From: Carpediemonas membranifera BICM
Taxonomy: Eukaryota > Protista > Fornicata
Length of the DNA stretch: 64,000 bases
NCBI GenBank assembly: GCA_019828565.1
Contig: JAHDYR010000007.1
Coordinates: 605,333 to 669,332, forward strand
Direction of reading: 5' to 3'
Part shown: in pieces, positions 1-9,800 of the stretch
Layout of the letters: each line of letters starts with the position of its first letter
Position numbering within the stretch: the stretch's first letter is position 1
Made by a program: the position numbers and the translations under genes
The notes under the pieces: generated by a model
Told to the model about the DNA's origin: nothing
What the model saw: only the letters and a program-made list of their open reading frames with translations
Database searches by the model: none

Positions 1-32
1 TATGGAGCACATGTATTATACGCCTGCCTTCT

Positions 33-3000
33 TCACGAGAGCAGAACCTCGGATAAGGTGCACCCATTGGTGATTGCATATTTATAGGTTAATTTTGACC
101 TCGGAGTTTTCTGCGCAAACTCGGTTTGTCTGCGAGGTACTCCCTCAAACGCCCTAAGTTCATCAAGGTCGGCGTTGAAGCGTTCCCATGTCGCCTCTTC
201 CTCGAGGTACCCCTCCCACAGCACATGTAGGTGAAGGACGCCGTCCTCAAATTTGTGAGAGTCGATCGCTTCTACGACATATTCGTCAACTCTCTGGGCC
301 GCGAGCCGTGTCAACTCAGCCCTTGTCGCGTCAGACTCAAAATGTCTTAGACGCTCGGCATGGACCTTAGCCACTACGCCTGTCGTCAGGTTCTCCACGT
401 AGTAAACGTTCGGCGACTCTGCGGGTCCCTGGCACCACATTGGCCCAGCCAGCTTCGTGCGGCGGCCGACAGTGGTCGTTACCAGCACTGGCTTGTTCGA
501 TAGGGCCACGTGTGATGCTTCTGATGGTGTTTGTTGTTGCAGCGCCTGGTCTTGGATGACTCTCTGTAGTTCCAGGCTGCGCTTGAAGGCCTCAAATGGC
601 ATCTTGCTCTCATTGCTCATGATCTCTTCTGGTCTTACGACCACGTCTTGGTTATAAAGCAAATTCAGTGGCGATAGGCCTGTCCTGGCCACAGATGTTG
701 AATTAATGATGTACTGAGCCAAAGGTAGTAGCCGCGTCCATCTAAACTCCTGCAGATCGAGCATTAGCGTCTCTAGATGCCTCTTAACCTCGGCGTTGAC
801 CCTCTCAACTATTCCTTGAGAACCCGGGCGGTAAGGCGTGCCGACGTGATGTTGCGACCCGAGCCTTTCCATTAGAGCGTCAATCAGCTTATTTCTATAC
901 TGGCTGCCCCCGTCGCTGTGAATCACCCGGGGAATTCCGTAGTGACCCACCCAGGCCAAAATTGCCCCTGCCGCGGCATCTGCGTCCGTCGAACGCGTGG
1001 GGACCAGCATAGTTAGCTTCGAGTACGTGTCAATTAACACGCACACGTACCGCAGACCCTCGCTCTCCGCGATGGGTCCGATCGTGTCTACCTGCACGAC
1101 ATCAAACGGCAGGCGACCTGCCGTACGGTGGCGCAAGTGTTGGACGGGCTTGGCCGTCTTGCGCGTGACCTGGCACACAGGACACGACTGGACAAACTCC
1201 TCTGCGTCCTTATACATGCCCCTCCACCTCCTACCGAGCGATATAAGCTTGTTCACCGTCGCTCTCGCTCCGAGATGGCCGTGTATGCCTCCGTGAACCT
1301 CGGAGATCCACGTGGCGTGATCATCTGCCTCGACTGTTGCACCGCATAGGCGAGATAGCGCGTCGGCAGCACCGTTCGCTTGACCAGGCACGTGTACGAC
1401 GGAATAGTCGAACCTTTCCAGTGCCATGCGCCATCTAGTTACCTTAGCGTTCGTGCTTGTCGCGATATACAGCAAATTCCGGTGGTCCGTTCTCACAGTA
1501 AACGGCCTGCCTACTAGGAACCGCTCGGCCTTGATCATAGCGTAATAAATGCCGAAGCCTTCCTTTTCATAGGTGCTCCACCTTCTTTGAACATCCGATA
1601 GTGTCTTGGAATAGAAAGCAATCGGACGCTCCTCCCCGTCTTCGATCTGTAACAAAACTGCCCCGACAGCGTAGTCACTCGCGTCGGTTTGTAGGATTAA
1701 TTGGCAGCCACGCTTGGGGTGACTTAACATGTTGTTCTGAGATAGGGTCGCTTTGATGTCGACTAGGGCATCTTGTTGGGCCTTCTCCCAACGGAACTCT
1801 TCCTTGGCTCTCGTCAGAGCCAGGACTGGCTCCATCATATTGCCGTAGTTCGGAATCATATGGCTAAAATAGTTCGTGAACCCGAGTAAGGTTCTGACTC
1901 CGGCAACATCTCTCGGGCTGGTTAGGCGGTCGATGCCTTCTAGGCGGTCAGGCGCGATTCGCTTGCCGTCGCCATTCACAAGCCAGCCCAAGTATTCTAT
2001 TTCTGTCAGTCCGAACTCAGACTTGGACAGATTCAGCTTCAACTTGGCCGAGTTGAGCTTTCTCAAGACATAGTCCAGATTGTCGAGGTACTCTCTCTGG
2101 TTCTCTCCGAATATTACTATGTCGTCTACATATGCGAGACACCGTGTCCACAGTGCATCGCCCAGTACGGATTCGAGGGTCTTCTGACAGAAGGCTGCGG
2201 CCCCTTTGAGTCCGAAAGCTAAACGCTTGTACTGGTACTTACGCTTCCCAACTGTAAACGCCGTTAGTCTGCGTGAGCTCTTGGTCATAGGAATCTGGTG
2301 AAAGGCCTTGCTTAGGTCCAGCTTAGCGAAGAGGGTCTTACCCTCTAGTCTTGCTACCAGATCGTCAATGATAGGGAGGTCGTGATCGAAGTCCTCCGTC
2401 GCGTCGTTAAGGCGCCGAAAGTCCAAGCAGAGCCTGCGGGTGCGATCGCGCTTCCATACAAGCACCGTAGGATTGTTATAGTTGCTCGTAGACTCCTCAA
2501 TCACATTCAGATCCTCCAGCTGCGCCGTCTGGCGCTGCATATCCTCTCTTTCTTCAGCCGAGACGTGGTATGGAGGGATGTTGATAACCTTCTGGTTTGT
2601 AAGAACCAGTTCGAAGGGTGGAACGTCTGCTGGCTGCGAAATGTCGCCGAGAACGTCTTTGTACTTGCTTAGGATGGTATTAGTCTCTTCAGGGAAGCTA
2701 CGTATCTGTAGTTCGTGCTCCGCTTCAGCAAGGGTAAATAACGTCTCGTCTACTTCATCTTCATCAAGCTCCGCGAAGTGTGGCTCTCCAGAATTCTCCA
2801 TCGTCGGCTTGACGATCGTGATTAGCCCCAACGCACTTAATGTCGATATTCCCATAACTAATGTCGGCTTCAGCCCGGGTAGCACCCGCAAATTGAGAGC
2901 AGCTTGAGTTCTCCGCCCAGTAGATGGCAACACTCCAAAATCTGCACTCAACTTAACAATGCCGGGTGAGTTGTAAATCGTACCAGTGGCCAGCTTAACC

Positions 3001-3161
3001 TTAGCATGGTCGGGCTCGACGACTAGGCCGAGCTCTTTGACGAGGGATTGGGATATAAAGTCGGCAGAGGCCCCTGTGTCATAAAGGAACGCCAACACTC
3101 TCCCCCAGGATGCCCACCTCGCCAATGGGTCTGTTGTCGCGGTCCTCCGCGACCAAAGCAT
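33..3161 (-). CDS. pol: Pol polyprotein (aspartic protease, reverse transcriptase, RNase H, integrase, chromodomain)
   Basis: Protease LYDTGAS; RT RLCLDFRRLN, LDLSKAFHQ, YVDD; RNase H QTDASDYAVGAVL, TDHRNL; integrase H-x5-H...CPVCQ, SDGG, VERVN; chromodomain YVVEAI...VLWEGY...TWE. Probably continuous with gag across a 1-nt indel at 3102-3106. Confidence 0.95.
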   Translation of the reverse strand: MLWSRRTATTDPLARWASWGRVLAFLYDTGASADFISQSLVKELGLVVEPDHAKVKLATGTIYNSPGIVKLSADFGVLPSTGRRTQAALNLRVLPGLKPTLVMGISTLSALGLITIVKPTMENSGEPHFAELDEDEVDETLFTLAEAEHELQIRSFPEETNTILSKYKDVLGDISQPADVPPFELVLTNQKVINIPPYHVSAEEREDMQRQTAQLEDLNVIEESTSNYNNPTVLVWKRDRTRRLCLDFRRLNDATEDFDHDLPIIDDLVARLEGKTLFAKLDLSKAFHQIPMTKSSRRLTAFTVGKRKYQYKRLAFGLKGAAAFCQKTLESVLGDALWTRCLAYVDDIVIFGENQREYLDNLDYVLRKLNSAKLKLNLSKSEFGLTEIEYLGWLVNGDGKRIAPDRLEGIDRLTSPRDVAGVRTLLGFTNYFSHMIPNYGNMMEPVLALTRAKEEFRWEKAQQDALVDIKATLSQNNMLSHPKRGCQLILQTDASDYAVGAVLLQIEDGEERPIAFYSKTLSDVQRRWSTYEKEGFGIYYAMIKAERFLVGRPFTVRTDHRNLLYIATSTNAKVTRWRMALERFDYSVVHVPGQANGAADALSRLCGATVEADDHATWISEVHGGIHGHLGARATVNKLISLGRRWRGMYKDAEEFVQSCPVCQVTRKTAKPVQHLRHRTAGRLPFDVVQVDTIGPIAESEGLRYVCVLIDTYSKLTMLVPTRSTDADAAAGAILAWVGHYGIPRVIHSDGGSQYRNKLIDALMERLGSQHHVGTPYRPGSQGIVERVNAEVKRHLETLMLDLQEFRWTRLLPLAQYIINSTSVARTGLSPLNLLYNQDVVVRPEEIMSNESKMPFEAFKRSLELQRVIQDQALQQQTPSEASHVALSNKPVLVTTTVGRRTKLAGPMWCQGPAESPNVYYVENLTTGVVAKVHAERLRHFESDATRAELTRLAAQRVDEYVVEAIDSHKFEDGVLHLHVLWEGYLEEEATWERFNADLDELRAFEGVPRRQTEFAQKTPRSKLTYKYAITNGCTLSEVLLS

Positions 3162-3903
3162 TAAGATGAACGTACTTCTGCCCCTTTACTCCCTCACGCT
3201 CGTCACGCTTACGCTTCCAACACGTATCAGCAGTGTGACCCTTGCGCTGGCAGTACTCACAAGCAGTTTCCGACTTCTCCTTAGCCTTAGTCATCGTTGC
3301 GGAGGTCGCACTCTCTCGCTCCACACGCTGGTGCTCTCTGCGAGCCTTCTCTGCTTCCGTGGCCTGGATGAATGCCTCGGCGATCGTCTCGTCAAGCGTC
3401 TTCGCCTTCTTAGCATTCACTCGCTCCTTCAAGCGACCGTACCTGATGCCAGCAACAAAGGCATCGACGATGAGCTTCTCCGTGGGCCGAACCTTACAAC
3501 AGTTACGAACTTGACGCTTATACGCCAGGGCATACGCGGCCATGTTGTCAATGAGGTTACCCTCAGAGCCGCACGACAAGTCCTTAAAGCGATCTAAAGC
3601 GTCCACCTCATCCAGAGGCTGCATCAGCTCGTCTACCATGGTGATAAAGGCCTCGTTGAGTTCAGAGGTATCGGCCGGCTCTTCATCCGGCGTTTCATTA
3701 GCGTACTCAAGGAACCCCTCAAGTTCAGGGATTCGGATCTTAAGAACCTCTAGGACCTGCGTTTCGATTAGGTCAAAGGCAACGATCGGATCGGCTTCAC
3801 GGGCAGCATACTGCTCGTAGTCTTGACGGAAAGTATACCACGACTTGGTGGTGGCCTTTCGCAGGAACGGGGCGTTGTTGAGTTTTGTTTCAGGTAAATG
3901 CAT
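3079..3903 (-). CDS. gag: Gag protein with CCHC zinc knuckle
   Basis: ATG at 3903 (MHLPETK...); CEYCQRKGHTADTC knuckle; FVAGIR capsid-like motif; directly upstream of pol. Confidence 0.88.
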   Translation of the reverse strand: MHLPETKLNNAPFLRKATTKSWYTFRQDYEQYAAREADPIVAFDLIETQVLEVLKIRIPELEGFLEYANETPDEEPADTSELNEAFITMVDELMQPLDEVDALDRFKDLSCGSEGNLIDNMAAYALAYKRQVRNCCKVRPTEKLIVDAFVAGIRYGRLKERVNAKKAKTLDETIAEAFIQATEAEKARREHQRVERESATSATMTKAKEKSETACEYCQRKGHTADTCWKRKRDEREGVKGQKYVHLNALVAEDRDNRPIGEVGILGESVGVPL

Positions 3904-3914
3904 GCAGTAATTAC

Positions 3915-4180
3915 TGTGGTACCCAAACAATTGAGAGAGTGAAATTTAGAAGCAGGTTTGAGATCATTGACCAAATAAGACTGATCATTAAATGAGGTCG
4001 TCATGACAACTTGAACCGTTAGAATTTTTGCTGACGGTTGGGAGGCACGTTTGAGCTTGTGGACGGTTTGGGATCATGGGGGGAAGTGTCATGACGACCT
4101 CATTTAATGATCAGTCTTATTTGGTCAATGATCTCAAACCTGCTTCTAAATTTCACTCTCTCAATTGTTTGGGTACCACA
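3915..4180. repeat. 266-bp cassette with perfect 94-bp terminal inverted repeats (TGTGG...CCACA) and a 78-bp spacer; LTR-like or MITE-like
   Basis: 3915-4008 (tgtggtacccaaacaattgag...gtcgtcatgaca) is the exact reverse complement of 4087-4180. Confidence 0.95.
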
Positions 4181-5633
4181 CGGATCTGTCAGGCTACGCT
4201 CCGTGAAATTCTTCTTAGACCAGTACTTGGCCTTCACTGACTGGCAGAGGCCACGCTGCCACCTTTCGAAGTCGCCATCAACTCTGCCACCCAACTCAAT
4301 GGCTTGGAGACAATATGCAACGCAGTTGCCGTCACTCTTGACATGAATCGCGGTACAGCCAGCCGTGAGAGCCTCCGCGTTGATGCACGTCTGCACCGCG
4401 GCCTCAGAGGTGATGCGAGTCTGAGTCTCCGGCTCAGTCTGGATGCAGGCGTCGCATTTGGTCACGTCCTCCTCATGTGACTCACCCTTCCTCTCCTCTG
4501 TCACCATCTCCTCCTCGTCTGACTCCTCTGAGTTGCTATCGACATCAGCGATCTTCTGAGGGATTGTCATGAGGGCCTTGCGCTTCATGTGGATTGTGTC
4601 GCTCTTCCCCGTACGGCGGGGGGTACTCGTTCGTGCTTGGTGTGTGCCCGACTGGGGTAGGTCGCGGCGAAACGGCGCGGGTGTCGGGCTGGCACCCATG
4701 GAGATGTCAGCTGCGTACCCCACGTCTTGCAGCAGCCTCGTGACGGTCTCCTCCAGCTCGAGTACTCTCTTCTGCGCCTTGTGATGGAGCACTCGTGCCT
4801 CCATCGGAAGAGATGGGAGGTCTTTGTGAATCCAGTCCTTCATTTCGAGCAGCTTGGATACGCGAAGGTATCTGTCGAACTGAACGTCGACGTGGTTGTC
4901 CCCAGCAACCGAAGCTGACTCTCGAGAGGCGCGAATGCGAAGCTCGCCGTGCACCTCCTTCTGGACTCTATGCCACAGGACGTAGTTGCGAGCGTTATTG
5001 TCCTCCCACTCCTTGAGCTTCTGGGCGATCTTTCTCTCGCGCCGGCGCTTGATCGCGCGTTCTCTAATCTCATCGTCGGACTCGTTGTCAAAGTCCACCT
5101 CACTCTCACTGTCGCACAACTCAGAATCGTCGACGCCGCTCTCTTCACCACTGTCCACGCCACTCTCATCGTCGACGGGTTCTTTCTTAGCGCTCTCGGC
5201 TTTGCCCTTGCCCTTGTCCTTCTCCTCGGCGTCAATGGCCTCAATAATGGCCTTACGCGCCTTGCGCTTCTCCTGGCTATACACGATATCAGCCTGGTTG
5301 TCGTCAACCCACTTCGCCAGCGCGCCGAGCTTCTTGGAACTTCTTGGTCCGGCGAGTGCCATAAACTGCTTCTTCAACTTATCATGGAGCTCCTCCTTCT
5401 CGTCCTTCGTGAGGCGGAATTTCGTGGTGATATGGTTCAGGTTGATTCCTATATAAGCATTGCTATGACTACAAACGCTTCCTGATGACTAGATCGAGCA
5501 GTTTCCGTTCATCCAGCAAAACCGCGCGAAGGACAGCACATTTGGCATGATTGGTGGTTGCCTTGGTGTATGCAGCCAATATCGCATCGTACTGTTCCTT
5601 GCTAGCGCTCTCAATCCACTTTAGCAAGTCCAT
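4181..5633 (-). pseudogene. Charged/acidic protein with a C-terminal OTU-like cysteine protease start, truncated by the inverted-repeat cassette
   Basis: ORF 4100..5377 has AIHVKSDGNCVAYCL (OTU D-G-N-C motif) ~45 aa before reading into the inverted repeat at 4180. The frame is open upstream to ~5487 and may join the short ORF starting at ATG 5633 by a 1-nt shift. Confidence 0.55.
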
Positions 5634-5836
5634 GTTCGGCACTATCAGCAAGAGAGCATAAAAAAAATGGACATAGAGTGCCAAAAGTAATAAACTGAAA
5701 CCATCCACACGGCAACTATGTACCTAGGCGGCCTCAGTACCTCCAATACCTTCCGTATGTGCTTTTTTTGTCCGTCCCTACTTCGTCCCACGAACCAGAA
5801 AAAAAGCGCAAAGAGAGGGCCCTTTGAATAATTCTA

Positions 5837-5897
5837 TAACGGCAGCAGAGCATAAAACACGGTTCGAAAGGGCTGATTTTATGCTCTCTTGCCGTTA
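5837..5897. repeat. Imperfect inverted repeat / hairpin
   Basis: taacggca-gc-agagcataaaa (5837-5857) pairs with ttttatgctct-ct-tgccgtta (5877-5897). Confidence 0.7.
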
Positions 5898-6541
5898 GTT
5901 CAAGCCGAGGCACGCTTCGGGCGAGCTCCGGCCAAGGGGTCCAGGAGTCAGCTTTTGGGGGAAGGTCTGTGGTGCTCTAACGTACCTCGGGACGCACTGT
6001 GGAGGCCCCCTAGAGTGCTCGGTCATGGCATGTCAGACCAAGGGTGCCTCAAATCTGGACCCATTTAGGATGCACCCCCTAAATGTTCCGTTGCAAGCGT
6101 CTGACAGGTGTTCTCTGGATACCGACCAAGATGGAGGTCACGTGGATGAACGGACGATAATTACGGTATTCTGGCCATGCCTGGTACTCTCAAATCATCT
6201 GTACTGCTCTGTGCTCCATTTATAGTTCATATCGTTTCGTCCTGATGGACTTTTTGGTACTTGATGTTGTTTAGAGATAATTGGTGCTTGACTGATGCTC
6301 TGCGCCCGCCAACTGATGTTTCTTAGTGATATGTGCATGCCTGTATCGTTAAAGCCGCCAGTATTCTTCCTATTCTTCAGTTCGTCATTTCGGTCTCGTT
6401 GCGAGCATAAAGTGCGCGAATGCGCGGGTCAGTTCCCCCGTTTTCAGCGAAGCTGATGCGACAACACAGAGGCAAGCGAATCCTTACACCTCAGGCGTTG
6501 CCAAGAGGCCGTTGTCTGCCAGGATCTATAAGCAGTGATGA

Positions 6542-6871
6542 GATATACGGATTTCAGACTTTCTGCCTGCACGACCTCAAATGTTGACTCCCCTCGGCAC
6601 CGAAAAGGCACCTATATCCATGAATACCCTCTACAGTGATGTATCCACCCGATAAATGGATTTCAAATTTGTCGGGTCTCATGATAAATGGATTTCAGAC
6701 TTTCGTACTGTTGGCCATCTGAGAATTTATGAACGACCTCTAGAATATTTTGAATGCAAGAACGTGCCTATGGCACTCTTTTTGTACCCCTGAACACGGT
6801 TTGACCACTGTTTTGGGCATTTGGAGAGATTCGAATTTTTGTGCATGACGAAAGTCTGAAATCCGTATATC
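6542..6871. promoter_or_regulatory. Four copies of a GATAwAyGGATTTCArAyTT motif (three direct, one inverted) immediately upstream of the recombinase-like ORF
   Basis: Copies at 6542-6563, 6651-6670, 6683-6704 and inverted at 6850-6871. 6542-6572 vs 6841-6871 form a 28/31 inverted repeat. The ATG follows at 6873. The regulatory role is inferred. Confidence 0.6.
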
Positions 6872-6872
6872 G

Positions 6873-8260
6873 ATGGAAGGAAGCCCGCAGGAGATGGAAA
6901 CAACCATGGAAGCTGTGAAGAATGCTTGGTTGTGCACCATCAGTAAGAAATCTTCCCGGAAAGCGGTCGCAAACAACCTTTCGCGGTTCGTTCAATTCGT
7001 ACAACGTGAGCGAGGGAGTACCGAGGACGAAGCGCTCTCCGTGATCCGGTCCGAGGAGGTTAGATCGCTTGTGCCCGGTTTTGCTGCATCATTGAGCAAG
7101 GCAACCGCTGCTGTCACTCTCAGTGCCGTCAACTCATTCCGAAACTCCGGCAGAGACAATGTCAAGCCGCTTGGGCAGTTTGAGCCTGTCGCATCGGAAG
7201 CTATTGTCCGACTAGTCTTCCCCTACAATGCGCTGGCTCTTATCATCAGCCACACAGGCATGACTGCCACATCAGCCCGCGATATTGATGTGAGCGAGCT
7301 CCAGATTCCCCCGGAACTCGCTGACTGGTTGCTATTCACCGGGGCACCATCCACGATGTCCGCTGTGATGCCTAGCACCTTCTCGCAGGCTCTCAAGTCG
7401 GTCGGGCTGAGTGTTAACCAGCTTCGCTATGCGCCCACTGTGCATGTCGATCTCAATCAGCTCAAGAAGCGGGTGATTGAGACACAGAGACGGACGGGCA
7501 GGCCCAGGGATCCGACCAAGGTTCGTAAGGTCATTAAGGACAAGCGCATCAGCCTGACCGATGAGCAGTTCAGGCGCCAGTTGGCGTCCAGTCACTTAAC
7601 GACCACGCGACGCCCAACGATCCTCGATCTCAACCCGGAGATCCGAAGCTCTGCCGACCTGGTGCCGCCGACGCTCGATGACTGGCTTTACAACAAGCTC
7701 AGGATTAGGATGGTCCAGCTCCACGACCAGCGTAAGCCCGAGGGGGACGACACGGGGGAGGGGAGTCTGACGATGAGGCGCTGTTTGACGAGACAGCTGG
7801 CGAGGCAGAGATGCCGGAGACCGCGGTGGAGGGCGAGTCTGACGATGAGGCCGGGTTGGAGATGCTGGAAGGAGAGTGGGAGGATGAGGAGAGTTCAGAC
7901 AGCGATGCCGAGGATAGCCTCGTCGACAACCTGTCATTTGTTCAGTCACAACAGGTTGAGTGTGATATGTCTGAGAGAGATACCGATGAGGGTGTCCGTA
8001 GCGGGACCAATGGAAGTGGGCTCGCTCCGCTCTATGACTCTATGAAGGCCAGGGAGCCCAGCAGACGCATTCGCCTTCGCCGCTATCACGAGAGCGAGTC
8101 AGACTTCGGCAGCAGCAGCGACAGCGACGACGGGATGCCGAAGCTGCCCGTTGAGGCCTTTGAGCACATCCGTGATGCCGGGATGACAACTGTGAGGCTG
8201 ACGAGGGCCGAGTATGACGACCTGATGGAGAAGAGAGAGCAGGAAAAGCACCAGAAGTAA
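6873..8260 (+). CDS. Degenerate tyrosine-recombinase-like (Crypton/integrase-fold) protein with acidic tail; 1-nt frameshift at ~7760
   Basis: Core-binding-like helices (SRKAVANNLSRFVQFV...LSKATAAVTLSAVNSF), box I-like ALIISHTGMTATSARDIDVSEL and box II-like ALKSVGLSVNQLRY. Adding one G at 7760-7763 restores EGESDDE (repeated at ~7829) and joins ORF 7811..8260. Confidence 0.5.
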
Positions 8261-9261
8261 ATGGCCGTCGGTTGTCCATATGAGCATGTACGAGTCAACT
8301 ACCTGCCAACTGTATCTCCAGCCATAAGTCCAGAGCAGGCCACCTATACGGCAGCCCGAGCCGATCCACATTTGTGGATTCAGCTAGACCGGGCATGCCA
8401 CAACACTGCATCTAGTCCCATCTAGTCCCAATTCACGCGTGTATATACGCTACAGAGGACCGTATCTGGCCTTAGGAAACGGCTATGGGGTGCAGGTGGT
8501 TAATCCTTAAAGTGCGTTGCATCGATGCAACAAGCAACTACCTCAAACGTGCGAGCTACCATCGATTTCTTGCCATCAACACGACACATTGACGTCAGAT
8601 AACTATGCGGTCAGCAATGAGCACACTAAACAACATCACTGTGCCAAAATACATCTTTGGACATCAGGCATGCCACAGAACATGTAAGCAACATCAAACC
8701 CGCCTAATTCCAGCTCATTTAGTCAATAAACACATCATCACATTCCAATATCTCCTCATGATGCGCCAGATGGCAAGTGACTCTGGCCTGCTCCTCCGGT
8801 GAATGACAATGCAGTAGTCTGGAAGGATGTTGAGAGAGCCCCAAAGGCCAGGCGAGTAAGCGCTACACAACCGCTTCACCAGCCCTCCAAGGCAGCGTTC
8901 TGGACCTGCGTCATCTCCGGCGAACTGGGATGATCCAAAGTAACGGTGTAGTGTTCTTTCTGGCAGCTAATTGTGCATAAGCGAATGCTTTGTGGTCATT
9001 TATTGCTCTTTGGCGCAGCAACGCCCACAATTCTTTGGGATACTGTTCTTTTGGTGTTGATGTTGTTATTGATGTTGATTTCTCCGCTTTTCGCTGCTTT
9101 GCGTTGTAATTGCAATGTTTTCTAGTACATTCCGCGCATCAGATCATTGCTACAACCTGAACTCGCCATTTTGGCGTTGCAATGAAACTATCCCCTAAAG
9201 TGCACACTAAATGAAATCAGATCAAGCAGACAAGACAGCAACGTACATTTACGAGTGAGGA

Positions 9262-9800
9262 CGCTGGAGAGAGCAGAGCGCCTGGGAAACAGCGCTGGGG
9301 ACAGGAGCCCCGGAGGATAGAGCCCGGGGGAGAAGAGCGCTGGGGACAGGAGCCCCGGAGGATAGAGCCCGGGGGAGAAGAGCGCTGGGGACAGGAGCCC
9401 CGGAGGATAGAGCCCGGGGGAGAAGAGCGCTGGGGACAGGAGCCCCGGAGGATAGAGCCCGGGGGAGAAGAGCCCGGGAGAGAGAAGCCCGGGAGAGCGC
9501 CCGGGAGAGAGGAGCCCGGGAGAGAGGAGCCCAGGGAGAGGAGCCCGGGGGAGAAGAGCGCGGGAGAGAGGAGCCCGGGAGAGCGCCCGGGAGAGAGGAG
9601 CCCGGGAGAGAGAAGCCTGGGAGAGCGCCCGGGGGAGAAGAGCCCGGGAGAGAGGAGCCCGGGAGAGCGCCCGGGAGAGAGGAGCCCGGGAGAGAGAAGC
9701 CTGGGAGAGCGCCCGGGGGAGAAGAGCGCGGGAGAGAGAAGCCCGGGAGAGCGCCCGGGAGAGAGGAGCCCGGGAGAGAGAAGCCTGGGAGAGCGCCCGG
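9262..9800 (+). repeat. Purine/G-rich tandem array of ~13-15-bp units (agcccgggagagagg family), including four perfect 45-bp higher-order units
   Basis: agcgctggggacaggagccccggaggatagagcccgggggagaag x4 at 9291-9470, then variant units to ~9800. Confidence 0.97.

Larger units (their letters stand above)
1..4180 (-). mobile_element. Ty3/Gypsy (chromovirus-like) retrotransposon; downstream end runs off the window start
   Basis: Gag with CCHC knuckle, then PR-RT-RNaseH-IN-chromodomain in Gypsy order. A purine tract (minus-strand GAAGAAGGCAGG, ~23-34) lies downstream of pol. The upstream boundary is assumed to be the TG...CA inverted-repeat cassette. Confidence 0.93.

Noticed and set aside
3079-3180. 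Classical programmed gag-pol frameshift
   Set aside because: No X XXY YYZ slippery heptamer or Ty1/Ty3 +1 signal is evident; a single-G indel within the protease N-terminus explains the break more simply.
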